From Octopus vulgaris (lineage: Eukaryota), in contig OX597821.1 of the NCBI GenBank assembly GCA_951406725.2, positions 88,970,001 to 89,034,000 on the forward strand: a stretch of 64,000 nt of DNA, in the 5' to 3' direction. Under the pieces are notes generated by a model. The model did not search any database. It was not told the origin of the DNA and saw only the letters and a program-made list of their open reading frames with translations. Within the stretch, counting starts at the first letter, position 1, and each line of letters starts with the position of its first letter. Made by a program: the position numbers and the translations under genes. Positions 25,552 to 39,139 of the stretch are shown here, piece by piece.

Positions 25552-26753
25552 TTGGATCATCCTATAAATAAGCGGTTTTTAACACTTATTTTATCTTTCA
25601 AAATTAAGATAAACAAGGTTCATTTTTAATCTAAAACATACTCTCCTACAATGCTCTTCAATCTATCTGGTCGACTTGGAAGGCCCCCTCTTCCAAAATT
25701 CACTTATCCGTCACGAAAAATACTTCTCCTGTACTATTCTGACTTCGTCTACAGAATTCATATTTTCCCGTCCAAATGATTTTAAAGACTGCAGAATACA
25801 TGATAATCCGATAGGGCAATGTCCGGCGAATATGGTAGGTTTAGCATCGTTTCCCGTCCAAACTGCTCCAGCCTTTGGAATGTCATCCTTGCTGTATGTG
25901 GCTGAACACCTTTCGTCTTGAAACCAAAAATAGTTATTTTTCTTCAAGCACTGACTTAAGGCGTTGAAGCTGTTCGCAGTAGATAGCCCTTGTTATCGTT
26001 TTCTTTAGGTCTAAACGTCCAAAGTGGAATAAATATTTCCTACACCACCAAACAGATAACACCACTTTACGTGGGTGAAGACCGTTAGCCTGGTGTGCCG
26101 GTTTATCTCTTTACCCTACGCGCTGTCTCGGTGCCTGACATTTTTATAGAGAACCCATTTCTCGTCACCAGTCACTATTCGGTCCAAAAGGGTACATTCG
26201 TGAGACGTGACAGCAAAGGAGAGCAGACATTCACTCTCTGCGCGCGATTAGACTCAGAAAGATTGAGAGGAACCCATTGACCCTATTTACTGACTTTTCA
26301 GATGGTAAGCAGGTGTCGGTGCATGATTGAATGACCAAACCCAAGCTTCTCTACTAGTTCCTCAACAGTTAAGATGAGGTTTTGTATCTTCCATGACGAG
26401 GCTCGTCTTCTAGACTCGGAATTTCTGGCACCACCGTTCGTTAAACCTGGCTTACGCTTATTGTCCGATCACCATATACTGCATTAATATTCCTCGCACT
26501 CTCCGTTCCTTTGTTGCCATTATCGAACACATAAAGCAAAATATGCCGAATATGCTCCTTTGTCTCTTCCATTATAGCTTTGAAAATACCTGTTAATATT
26601 GAACTGCACTCTTCAAAACTTACACTAAGAATAAGTCCAAGGTAAAATTAATACCTGCTTTTATCGTTAATTGATGCAGATAATTTATCCCGTCTCCCTC
26701 CGACATTTATTTCATGCATTTGAAAAAACCGCATTATTTATGGGATGATCCAA
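25552..26753 (-). mobile_element. Near full-length decayed mariner (DD34D-type) with TIRs
   Basis: ~30-bp inverted ends ttggatcatcctataaataagcggttttt / aaaaaccgcattatttatgggatgatccaa; broken transposase homologous to 31865-33028. Confidence 0.85.
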
Positions 26754-27247
26754 AATTTACGACAATGTGTGCATTCAGAATGAAACTACATTTAAGCTCA
26801 TTATTCATATTTCATCAGATGGGTGACCTTAGTGGAACACCATGGTGCATTTACTTGAAAAGCATACATACAAAAATACATCCAGACATATATGCATACA
26901 TGCATACATGCATATTATATATATATTTATTAAACTTTTAATACTTTTGATATTTATTAAAAAAAATAATAATAAATAAATTAATTAATTAATTAATTAA
27001 TTAATAAAATAATATATAAATATAAAAATATACTTACATACATATATATATATATAAAATTTATAAGTTTAAATTATTTAAATAATTTTTTAACTTTTAT
27101 ATTTTTTAATTAATTTTATGTATTGGCTTATATTTTTCACTGTTTGATTTGCCTAATAGTGGTTTTACCTCTAATTTAATATAATATACACACATATATA
27201 TATAAAGATACATAACTTATACATACATACATACATACATACATACA

Positions 27248-27304
<57 letters not shown>

Positions 27305-28612
27305 GTACATGCACACACATACACACATAAATATCCTTGAAGTTCGTTTACGGGAAACGTTTTTTAGTACTCATATACCAATGTTATTACGTCGGCTACG
27401 GTCTAAAGATTGCAGCATGCAACAGCAGTTTTATGGGATCGTACCGACCTCTTCCGATATAGCTTAAGACAAATATAGTAATAATAGTAAACCATGGATG
27501 CAATTTATAAATATCAATGCATCGCTACGCGCGTTTCCACAAATAGAGTGTTCTTTGTAACCATAGTCCGCATACCTGGGGTGATTACAATTCAATGTGT
27601 AATAACTATAGACATCAGGAGGTGCGGGGCTTTCGTACATGCATTCATTTCATCAGGTGATTTGGCATTAAATTTCGAAGGAACAAATGTCCAACTAAAG
27701 GGTGTTTACCGATTTTCACAATTCAAAAGGTTTATATATAGGTCATACACACACACGCAGACACACACACACCGATATGCACACACAGACACACACAGAC
27801 ACACACATACACATACAGCACATACACATACATACATACATACATGCATACATACATACATACATACATACATACATACATACATACATACATACATTCA
27901 TACATTCCTTCTGTTCAATGAATGTATTGAAAAAAGAATGGAAAATGTCTGGACTACAGTTTCAGGGTTTGTTTCCTCATCATAATCCTAGACGGTTACC
28001 ATTAGATTAGAAGCATTAGATTAGAATTGTAGCTGATATATAAATTAATTCGTTTATAGTTTAGACGATTCCTCATTAAAGAAAAGATATATAATGTATG
28101 CCCACAAACACACGCATGCATATGTGCGTGCGTGCGTGTGTGTGTGCATGAGTGTGTGTATGTGTGTGTGTGTGTGTGTAAGGTTAGCTGAGTTAGAGGT
28201 TAAACTAAATAAGGGATAGAAATATCCATTATACTATTGGTATATTAACTATGTTTAACCATATGCATACATGTGCAAGCATATTATGCTCATAAATTAT
28301 AGGTAAAGACAAAGATAAACAAGTTTTATCAATAATAAAATTTTAAAGAAAACAGAAGATGGAGAAATATTGATGAACAACAATTGAATTACATCAACTA
28401 TTATTTAATAATTCAAAACAAATAGACTACATCTCATTTAACAGGTGTTTCGGCTTCGAATAATGTAGAGTATTGCCATTGAGATGATAAAATTATTTAT
28501 CATATTTTGTAATAAAACCGACCTGAAACGTGGATCTTCATCAGTGTGAAGAATAGATTTTTTAAAAAATGCATAGAGACGAAAAAGGAAAAGTTGAATA
28601 AGGTTGTAATCA

Positions 28613-28700
28613 TACCTATTTCTTTACTACCCACAAGGGTAGTAAATGCCGCTAGACATTTCGCCCGGCGCGCTAACGTTTCTGCTAGCTCGCCGCCTTT
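28613..28700 (-). mobile_element. Internally deleted SINE family B (head fused to tail)
   Basis: tttctttactacccacaaggg joined directly to catttcgcccggcgcgctaacgtttctgctagctcgccgcc. Confidence 0.75.
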
Positions 28701-28780
28701 AAGGTTGTAATCATACCATTTTGCTTGTGTATCTGTTTGGGACGTTAAGTAAATATACATATATTTATACACACATGTAC

Positions 28781-28814
<34 letters not shown>

Positions 28815-28979
28815 TTGTGTGTGTGTGTATGTGTGTGTGTGTGTGCATTCCTGTATGTATGTATATATTGATATATATATATATAAACACACATATATAT
28901 ATATATACATATATACATACAGAGAGATAGTGATGAATATATATATGTGTATAGATATATATGTGTCTGTGTATGCATG

Positions 28980-29010
<31 letters not shown>

Positions 29011-29689
29011 ATGTACGCATGCATATATGTATATGAATTAAACACCCATTTTGATACATCTCGTATTTTAGTGTAGACCTACATAGTCACCCATATTCAC
29101 CCACCGAGTATATATGGAGCTCGTATTTATGTAAATAAATTCTCAAGTTTCTGGCGTAACACTTTTTGTCGCAAGTATTAAGGAAGTTGAAAGCAACGAT
29201 TTCAGCAGATCTCTGTAGTAAAGACAATATTACAGCAAATACCTCCAAGGCTCGAAGTCGAGATAAGTTTTGTTTCTATTGTTCGCCGTTGCTGAGCGTG
29301 AGTCTTATCATGTGACGTATTTTTACAATAGTTAAAGCATACACCATACTTTGTGTTAGACATGATTTTAATTCTCATTATGCAATCTCACTCAAGTACA
29401 GATGTATATTTACAGTGTACAATAACAATTCAAAATTATTTCATACTCAATCTTATTAATCTGCTAATCATAATGAAAGTTTCCGTATTGCACAAGATCG
29501 ACAGATCGCTCTGTCAGCCATATTGATTATGGCAATCAGTCAGGAATTTCTTGAGAAGTAGACATGAATTTTAACAATTAAAATAACATAGAGCCTACGG
29601 TCAAGAGTACTCATTCGTTCCTTCCCTAACCTCACTAACCTCATAAAGTAGTTATATAAGCGTCTATGTGTATATCTATCTATCTATTT

Positions 29690-29795
<106 letters not shown>

Positions 29796-30473
29796 AAGGC
29801 AAATAAATATCTTATTTACCCTACTTTATTCTAACTGAATTTCCCACATGTTAGTTTCCTATCATTTCTACTCTATGAAGAAGCCTTGAGTCTCAATCAT
29901 TGACCAATGTCTGTCCAATGTTTCTTCATCCCTGTATATCCCTGACGTGATGAGGATGACTTGGAAGACTCTGAGGCCTCGTAGTAGAAATGGTAGTAAG
30001 TGATTTGTACCTGTACACTCATCTTTTATTATTCATTCATCTCACTATATATATCTGTTTACGTATTTATTGGCTGATCTCATCCGATTTCTTGTACCAC
30101 TTAAACACGTTTGTTATCATTTAATAGATAGGTATAACATAATATTTACTGGCTGATGTTTGTCGATTTTATATCCTCTCCATTTTCTTATTTGCCTTAT
30201 AAATCCTGGGTAAACGTCCAATTTACCTCCACCCATACATAGTATTCAATTGCATTAATCCCATGCAATACTAAGCACTTGATGAAAAATACGTAGATAC
30301 ACTTCCATTATATATATTGGATATTTAATATCCCTTAGATTGTTTTTTAACCTCTAACTCATACAGACACACAAACATGCACACACACTCACACATGCAC
30401 ACACACTCACCTATGCACACACTCACACATGCACACGCACTCATAAATGAACACACACTCACACAGACACATA

Positions 30474-30956
30474 TATTAGACAACATGAGATAACAAAGCC
30501 AAGACTGTTAGGAATTTTCAGGACATTTATAAGGAAAGAGATATTGTCTTACAGCTGTTTCTGGTGCATTATTGATATCCCTTCATGTTTAGTTATTTCA
30601 AATGAATAAACATGAACTACTATTGGAACTTACATACCATGTACAGGAGGCTTTCTTTCCACCTCCATACACCACTTTACTCGAATAATGGAACTGCAAC
30701 TACTACAATATTTTATATTTTATTTCTGCTTTCAATCTCTTATTTCCCTCTATATTCCCTATCTCCTCCTTTTCCATAATAATTCCTTATTTCGAACTCA
30801 AATATTTACCTCTATTTAACCATCTCACATCGTCTCTGATGAAGTGATATCCATAATACCCCAGAAACGGAGTAAGATTATATCTATATCTCTTTCCTTA
30901 TAAATGTCCCCCAAACTCCCCACAGCTTTGGCCTTGTTATTTCATTTTGTCTCATA
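30474..30956. mobile_element. Element with ~115-bp diverged inverted arms carrying a hammerhead-like motif
   Basis: 30474-30586 is the inverted counterpart of ~30839-30956 (ggacatttataaggaaagagatat / atatctctttccttataaatgtcc); motif at 30832-30878. Confidence 0.7.
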
Positions 30957-30986
30957 CATACATACATACATACATACATACATACA

Positions 30987-31022
<36 letters not shown>

Positions 31023-31026
31023 TATA

Positions 31027-31144
31027 TCACCGTGATCACCGTGACCTACAAGGCTATCAGATGTTGCTACACATCGCTGGTCACAATGCTCTTCGCATTG
31101 TTTTAACCTTCAAATGACGCCACTCCGCTGGCTAAGCGAGCAGG

Positions 31145-31148
<4 letters not shown>
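31027..31148 (-). mobile_element. SINE family C 3' half
   Basis: Matches ~13470-13588. Confidence 0.8.
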
Positions 31149-31199
<51 letters not shown>

Positions 31200-31276
31200 C
31201 TATACACAAAATGACGATTTTAATATATTTGTAAACATATAATACCAATCTTCTGTAGTTTTTTCATTCTATTTTG

Positions 31277-31348
<72 letters not shown>

Positions 31349-31864
31349 GTTATCATAATACCCTGCTCGATTGCATTCATCATCTTTGTCACAGCAACAA
31401 CAAACCGGTTGTGTTTATTTACCACCAACATTAAAAAGCATTCACCATATATCATTCCATAACGGCTATGACTGAACAGCGCAGTTATATGACCCGACTC
31501 TTACCTATCATTCCGCTGATCCCCTGGTGTGAAACTGATCGTCCGTAATGGATATATAACGTTGTAGACTTCGGATAATATTCCTATTCTACTGACAGCT
31601 ATACGAGTGCATCTTCCCTGACGTTTGGTCTCGTAGACGGCTTACATACCCCGCCCCCATATATATGTATATAAGAAATTAAAGAAGGAAAATGCACACA
31701 CTTTACGTAGTTTTAATACGATTTTTAATATATTTTATATTGTGCTTGTCGACCGGTTTCTCGTTCGCTAATCATGATAATAAAATCATAAATCAGTAAA
31801 TCGTATTTTCGTCTGAAAATATTTTTGTCCCTGTTGTTTGGTTTTATACTTATTATTTGTTTTC

Positions 31865-33023
31865 TAAATTAGGATAAACAAAGTTGGTCTTTAATCTAAA
31901 AATTATTCTTCATTTTCTAAAATGCTCTTCATCCATTTGGTAGACTCTTCCAAAAAATTCACATGTCTGCCACGAAAAATACTCCTCCTGTACTATTCTG
32001 ACCTCATCTACATAATTCATATTTTCCCGTCCAAATGATTTTGAAGACTGCGGAATAAATGGTAATCATATAGGACAATGTCCGGCGAATATGGTGCGTG
32101 TGGCATACTTTCACATCCAAACTGTTCCAGCCTTTGCAATGTCATCCTCGCTGTATGTAGCCGAGCATTTTCTTGTTTGAAGAACCCTTCCGTGTTGAAA
32201 CCAAAGATGGCCATTTTTACTTCTAGCGCTGACTTAAGCCGTTGATTCTGCTCGCAGTAGATCTCTTTTATTATCGTTTAGTTTGGGTTTAAAAGTTCAA
32301 AGTGGACAAAACATTTCATATCCCACCAAACAGATAACAACACCTTACGTGGGTGAAGAAATTTAGCCTAGGGTGCCGGTGTTTCCCCTTTCTCTACCTG
32401 CTGTCTCCGGCGCTTGACATTACTTTTAAGAACCCATTTCTCGTCATCGGTCACTATTCGATCAAAAAAAGGGTTCATTCGTGAAACGTGACAGTAAAGA
32501 AGAGCACACATTCACCCACTGCCCGCAATTAGACTCGGAAATTTGTGAGGAACCCATTGACCCAATTTACTGACTTCTTCGAATTTGTCAATGTATGGTT
32601 CACTGACCAAATCCAAGCTTCTCTGCTAGTTCTTCAACAGTTGTGATGGGATTTTGTTCCACCATGGTTTACAAGACGTCCTCGTCCAGCTCTGCAGGTC
32701 TTCCAGGATGAGGCTCGTCTACTAGGCTATAGTTTCAAGCTCAGAATTTCGGGAACTACCGTTGACACTGGCTTACGCTTATTGTCCTATCCACATATAC
32801 TGCATTAATATTCCTCGCACTTTTCATTACGTTGTTGACTTTATAGGACTCATAGAGCAAAATATACTGAATATGCTTTTCAATTATAGTTTTGAAAAGA
32901 ATAACCGTTAAAGTGGAGCTGCACACTTGAAAACTTGCACTAAGAATCCAAGGTAAAATTGCTACCTGCTTTTATAGTAAATCGATGCAGGTAGTTTATC
33001 CCGTATTCTTCCACCTTAGTTCA

Positions 33024-33028
<5 letters not shown>
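31865..33028 (-). mobile_element. Decayed mariner transposase copy, TIRs lost
   Basis: ORF 32017-32214: QENARLH..HAPYSPDIVLYDYHLFRSLQNHLDG; colinear with 25552-26753. Confidence 0.88.
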
Positions 33029-33080
<52 letters not shown>

Positions 33081-33266
33081 CGGTGTATATATATATATAT
33101 GGCTTTAGTCCTATGTTATCGAGCAGTTAGTCTAGAGAGAGAGAGAGACGGTGTCGAGCCTTTCTGGTGACGTCGATGTTCGCCTGGGGCTAAATGCAAC
33201 AGTAACACCCCACCACCCTGCCCTGTCTCTAGCCATATTCAGATAGCATAGTGAGAATTCGTCGAG

Positions 33267-33336
33267 GAAGCGGGGGCCTACACGCCGATGATAGCAATAC
33301 ACCTTGAAACCATGGTCCGTGTGTGGTTTCCGCTTC
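33267..33336 (+). ncRNA. Type I hammerhead ribozyme fold, copy 1
   Basis: GAAGCGG..CUACACG CCGAUGA UAGCAAUACACCUU GAAA CCAUGG UC^ CGUGUGUGG UUU CCGCUUC. Confidence 0.65.
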
Positions 33337-33611
33337 ATCGGGAATTACCTCCCTTTGCAGGTTTGGGCACCGTGACGGTGTCAGCCTTTCTGTGACGTCG
33401 ATGTTCGCCTGGGGCTAAATGCAACAGTAACACCCCCACCACCCTGCCCTGTCCCTAGCCATATTCAGATGGCTTTAGTCCTATGTTATCGAGCAGTTAC
33501 TGTCTATATCCTTTTAGATAATTATTATTGCTTTCGAACAGATTTTCGAAATCAGCAAATATTTTGCTTGAAAATCTATATAAGAAATCCTGCATATGAG
33601 AATTCGTCGAG

Positions 33612-33675
33612 GAAGCGGGCCTACACGCCGATGATAGGCAATACATGAAACCATGGTCCGTGTGGTTTCCGCTTC
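33612..33675 (+). ncRNA. Type I hammerhead ribozyme fold, copy 2
   Basis: GAAGCGG gc CUACACG CCGAUGA UAGGCAAUACAU GAAA CCAUGG UC^ CGUGUGG UUU CCGCUUC; 7+7-bp stem I. Confidence 0.65.
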
Positions 33676-33969
33676 ATCGGATACCTCCCTTTGCAGGTTG
33701 GCACCGTGACGGTGTCGGCCTTCGGTGACGTCGATGTTCGCCTGGGGCTAAATGCAACATAACACCCCACCAGATAGATAGATAGATATAGATATATAGA
33801 TAGATAGATAGATAGATAGATATATTATGGCTGCCCCTCGTTATCGAGTATGGCCATTGCACGAATCTTAACTGTTACTGGTGCTGTGATCGAATGTGAC
33901 TTTTTAGCCCAGCTAAAGATCTACAATGTCTTGTACACATATATATACACACATACATACATACATACG

Positions 33970-34043
<74 letters not shown>

Positions 34044-34513
34044 ATACAAATGTATATAGATGCATATATGCGTGTATATATTTATATCTCTCTATTTATC
34101 TATCTATCTATATATATATATATATATGTATATATAGGTAAACACACACACACACGCACACACATGCACGCACACACATGCACGCACAGATATACATATG
34201 TATTCTAATTGAGACTTGCGTTGTGAATGGGAATATTTTTAGGAATGGTACTCTTCTCCACCGCCTGTTGTTCAACTTTTTCTGTTTTCTTTGTTCTTAT
34301 TCGTATCTTATGTTTTATAAAAAAAATATTACCTATAAACAAATTAGGCTTGAATATAAACTTCATTGTAGTTTTTCGTTTTGTAATTCTGCCTTTTTTC
34401 AGGGATGTGCTTTCGTCTCTCTAATGCCCTTCAATATTTTCTTTTCTTTTCTCGTTCTTCAAAAATTTACCATTTTTATTTGTGTCATTTTTATTCTCTG
34501 GCCTACCTACCTG

Positions 34514-34570
<57 letters not shown>

Positions 34571-34653
34571 GCACACGCATTTGTGTATGTAGGGAGGTAC
34601 ATATATACTCATCTATCTACCTACACACACACACACATATATACAGATATATA

Positions 34654-34699
<46 letters not shown>

Positions 34700-34783
34700 A
34701 ATAATAATAAATATTAGGGAATAAATCCAAATTTACAGGGAAAAATCAGATTTAGGATTGAATCCAATTTTATAGTAAAATAT

Positions 34784-34986
34784 TATAAAATATTAATTAG
34801 AGACAAAACCACTATTATGCAAATCAAACAAAGAAAGACTTAATCCAATGCATAAAAATTTTATATAAATTAAATAAAATTAATTTTAAACTTAATTTTA
34901 TTTAATTTATATAAAATTTTTATGTATTGGATTAATTCTTTCTTTGTTTGATTTGCATAGTAGTGGTTTTGTCTCTAATAATATTT

Positions 34987-34990
<4 letters not shown>
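34784..34990. repeat. ~100-bp-arm AT-rich inverted repeat (hairpin)
   Basis: 34784-34883 versus 34892-34990 with an 8-nt spacer. Confidence 0.9.
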
Positions 34991-35073
<83 letters not shown>

Positions 35074-35130
35074 TATATGTATGAATCTATATACATGTAT
35101 TTATATATAAATACATCCATATATATATTC

Positions 35131-35161
<31 letters not shown>

Positions 35162-36676
35162 TATACATACACACGCACATACGCACACATATTGTTCTGG
35201 CATCAAATCCACCTGCTCGGTACCGCTCAATGTGAGGACGCGATTAGAAATGGCTGAAATCGTCCTCAATCCCAGTCGACACTCTATGATGGTAATATCC
35301 TGCATTTCAAGCTCTCTATAAAACTTATATAATCGATTCCATTTGAATTCATACCGGATAATTACATAATTTACTTAATTGGATAACTTTTCAGAACGAC
35401 TAGACGTTTATCATCACTTCTCAGCAAAATAGACAAGTAATTGCATATGCAAATAGAGACATTTTCGGTTAATTACATAACATCTTTTCCGGTTTTTAGT
35501 TTTAAAAGTGACGAAATGTTTCATAACATCTAACATTTATTTGATTTGATATGAATAATGGCTTTTGGAATCTTGTGAATTCGTGATTAATTGAAATGAC
35601 AGTAGTCAGTACTTCATATTTACAAACAGACGCTTTTACAAGTGTCATATCTTTTCAAGATATTCCTAACATTTCAATGAGAGAAATACTATCGAAATAA
35701 GAGATTCTGCTATATTTATATTTTTTATTAATTGAGCAATTAAATCCTTCAATAAAATATTCTCTAATATAGATAAACTATGTTTTAAAAAAGAGTTTTA
35801 AATAATGTCTATTCCTTAATAGAATAACTCACGTCAACACACTAAATAACTCATACCTGGAGAATAAGTTATAAGATTATTTAGTTTATATTTACGCGTT
35901 TTCGACGACCATCACAAGGTCGATTATGTAATGATTTTGTTATATAGCATTGATATTCTAGTTAAAATAAGTTGTTATACGAAATATAATGTATTTTGTA
36001 TGACAAATTCTAATGATATAGCTATGGAAAATTACGAGAAGAGATCTTCACATTATCTGTGTTGCAATAATAATTGAAATATGCGTAAAGATGCAATAAT
36101 CTTTGAAATATATGTAAAGATGCAATAAATAAGTAATAACACAATGTAAACTGCAGATTTCACTTTTGTATGAATATTCTGTGGTCTTTAAGATCAAGGT
36201 TGTCCTTCGAATATTTCGACAAACCAGCATGAATGCACATCGTGGGCTGGTTTTTTTTTCTTTCGAAAAACGCATGGAATTCTGAAAGAGTGGATAATCT
36301 TTGAGCAAATAAATATAAGCTAAACAGACAATTACAAACGCACACACACGCAAAGATACAAATATACAGATGCACACAGACATATATGTTTCATAAGATC
36401 GTGGGTTCGACTCCATTTCTGTACTGACTGAGCATCATATGACCTAGAGTGGGACACTCCACTTTATGTTGCTCCTGGCTACTCAGTACAAACTGAGTAC
36501 CATTTGCTTACTGTTTTACATCTGCTTTCTTCAAATAGTTATATCGTCGATGTCCAACTGAGTCAAAAGTGGGAGGATTGAATGGGTGTTTATGTCTGCC
36601 TGGATCAACACATTAAACAGAGGTTGAAAATCAGTGAGTGAATGGTGAGATTAATATGTGGTTGGATACATACATA

Positions 36677-36841
36677 GGCGCAGGAGTGGCTGTGTGGTAA
36701 GTAGCTTGTTTACCAACCACATGGTTCCGGGTTCAGTCCCACTGCGTGGCATCTTGGGCAAGTGTCTTCTACTATAGCCCCGGGCCGACCAAAGCCTTGT
36801 GAGTGGATTTGATAGACGGAAACTGAAGGAAGCCTGTCGTA

Positions 36842-36887
<46 letters not shown>

Positions 36888-37107
36888 TGTGTGTGTTTGT
36901 GTGTCTGTGTTTGTTCCCTTAGCATTGCTTGACAACCGATGCTGGTGTGTTTATATCCCCGTTACTTAGCGGTTCGGCAAAAGAGAACGATAGAATAAGT
37001 ACTGGGCTTACAAAAGAATAAGTCCCGGGGTCGAGTTGCTCGATTAAAGGCGGTGCTCCAGCGTGGCCGCAGTCAAATGACTGAAACATGTAAAAGAGTA
37101 AAAGAGT
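36677..37107 (+). mobile_element. SINE family A
   Basis: Near-identical to 21424-21831. Confidence 0.92.
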
Positions 37108-37185
37108 ATATGCTTGTGCCTACACACTCGCGCGCGCTCACACACATGGTTATATGTATATATACAACTATATACATACATGTAT

Positions 37186-37503
37186 ACAGCATACATGTAC
37201 ACTGCAACATAATTTATTTTCCTCAACAGGCCCTGCCCTATTTAACATTGTCCCGAAAGAGATCAAAGAGGAAAAGGATCCCATCAACTTTAAACGGAGT
37301 CTGGATAGATTCCTTCAGGGAATACCAGATAAGCCACCCATAATTGGATACAACTCACCCAACAAAAACTCACTACTTGAATGGGCCATAAACAAAACTT
37401 GACTTAAACAGGATTCAGATAATCCTATCAGGTGGTGCTATTAAGTTAGACATGGCCTGGACCAATCTTTGGTCGAAACATATCTAAGTTTATCTAAGTT
37501 TAT
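37186..37503 (+). mobile_element. 5'-truncated CR1-group LINE 3' end
   Basis: GPALFNIVP..FKRSLDRFLQGIPD; near-identical inverted copy at 39171-39475. Confidence 0.85.
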
Positions 37504-38051
37504 ATACATATATAAATATATGTGTATATATATGTGTGTGGTTATATATATGTGTACACCCATGCATAAACATCCGTGCGCGTGCATACGGTGAGCAGAT
37601 GCATATGTGCACTCACACACACGTACGTGCATGCCCACCCATATTCGTGCGGTCATGCACAAGGGGTGAGAGTATGCGGATAGACAGACATGGAAAAGTG
37701 TTAGGGGTAGGTGATTTGCCATGCAGTTCATGGGGGTTAATTTCTAATTGAGACCTTGGTGCAAGCGATGCTAGGGGTTGTTGGTACGGCCGCTGCTGCT
37801 GCAGTTGTTAATTGTGTATTTGATATTGTTATGGCCATCCACGTAACTTTTTGTGTGCGTGTTTGTGTGTGTGTATGGGTTAGCTTCGTATGCTCTATGT
37901 ATCCATGCCCTTATATATAGTTTCATTTATTTATCTCTCTCTCTGTCTTATATTTATCCCAGGCATGTAACAAATGTATTTACATATCTATTTATTTATC
38001 TATTTATATATATATATATTTATTTATCTTTTTATACATCTATATTTCTCA

Positions 38052-38230
38052 TAACGTGGCACTCCGTCCGCTACGACGACGAGGGTTCCAATTGATCCGA
38101 TCAACGGAGCAGCTTGCTCATGAAATTAACGTGCAAGTGGATGAGCACTCCACAGACACCTGTACCCTTAACGTAGTTCTCGGAGAAATTCAGTGTGATG
38201 CAGAGTGTGGCAGGGCTGGCCCTTTGAAAT
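38052..38230 (+). mobile_element. Interspersed repeat fragment (SINE-like family D)
   Basis: GC-richer block tggcactccgtc..tgaaattaacgtgcaagtgg..cccttaacgtagttctc that I recall as an octopus repeat; single copy here. Confidence 0.45.
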
Positions 38231-38232
38231 TT

Positions 38233-38397
38233 GTGGTGAAAGAATACAGCAGAGTTCACTAGCAACCACTGCCGGAGCCCCGTGGAGCTTTGGGTGTTTT
38301 CGCTCAATAAACACTCACAACGCCCGGTCTTGAAGCGAAACCGCGATCCTATGACCACGTGTTCACTGCCCTAACCACTGAGCCGTTTCGCCTCCAC
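38233..38397 (-). mobile_element. SINE family C 5' half
   Basis: Matches ~13610-13773. Confidence 0.8.
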
Positions 38398-39044
38398 ATT
38401 AAATATCACAGATAAGAGCATATATATAATTACTGTCTGTATTACCCTGTATGTTTCAGTGATTTATTTGCGATTCTTTTTTTCCTTGTCTCTTCTCAAT
38501 AATTCTGTCTTTCGTCATGTGGTATGGTGTTGTGTTTTATATACATTCGTGTTTCATAATGGAGCTCGGTCTGTCGACTGTCATATGTATGGCTTCTGTG
38601 ATCTAAGTGTCGTGTCAGTTCTATGTGTCGATAGTACGTTAAGCTCTATGCTATTAATCGAGCCTCTATTTTCTGCCAATGTTGGTAGAGCATTGACAAG
38701 CTTTTTCCTTCTTTGAGCTCTCACCAGTATTCACCTATATGCTCTTCTATACTGCCTGCAGTCTCTCCAATGTTGCTGCACCGTCCCTCAGTACATCGTA
38801 AGCTATACACTAAATTCCAAACCTTACAGTTAACCTGTGGGGTTTGGGGGGGTGTCTTAAGACAGCAGCAGTACAAAGGGGTGAGAAGATGGGGCAGAGT
38901 AGAAGGCCACACTGATGCCAAAAACACATACACAAGCATACACACACACACACAAACAAGGATACAAACGCATGTGCACATAGGGAGACACATCTTAGAA
39001 GAACAGAATGGAATAAGTGGAGCAAGAACACACACGAAATAGAG

Positions 39045-39089
39045 TGTCACTGAAGAAGTCACAGATGTGTGACGAAAGATTTCCGGACA
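39045..39089 (+). ncRNA. Hammerhead-like motif
   Basis: UGUCA CUGAAGA A GUCACA gaug UGUGAC GAAA GAUU UC CGGACA; perfect 6-bp stem II, imperfect stems I and III. Confidence 0.5.
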
Positions 39090-39139
39090 ATGGACAGAAG
39101 TTAAAATAATAAGATAAGAACAGTAATAAACGAGTCAAG

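Larger units (their letters stand above)
33100..33772 (+). mobile_element. Partially tandem ~340-bp HHR-bearing element (retrozyme/Penelope-like)
   Basis: cgtcgatgttcgcctggggctaaatgcaac at 33171, 33396, 33729; HHR block twice; flanked by (TA)n and (GATA)n. Confidence 0.75.

Noticed and set aside
27610-27665. Minus-strand CTGATGA...GAAA
   Set aside because: Stems II and III do not pair convincingly
31745-31820. Minus-strand GAAACCGGTC palindrome motif
   Set aside because: Core reads CAGACGA and stems I and II are unsupported; too degraded
33360-33470. HDV-like ribozyme or SECIS in the 33-kb unit (ttgca...gctaaatgcaa)
   Set aside because: Could not build P1/P3/L3 or the SECIS spacing
36390-36510. 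GGTTCGACTCC B-box; possible old SINE
   Set aside because: No A-box or second copy in the window
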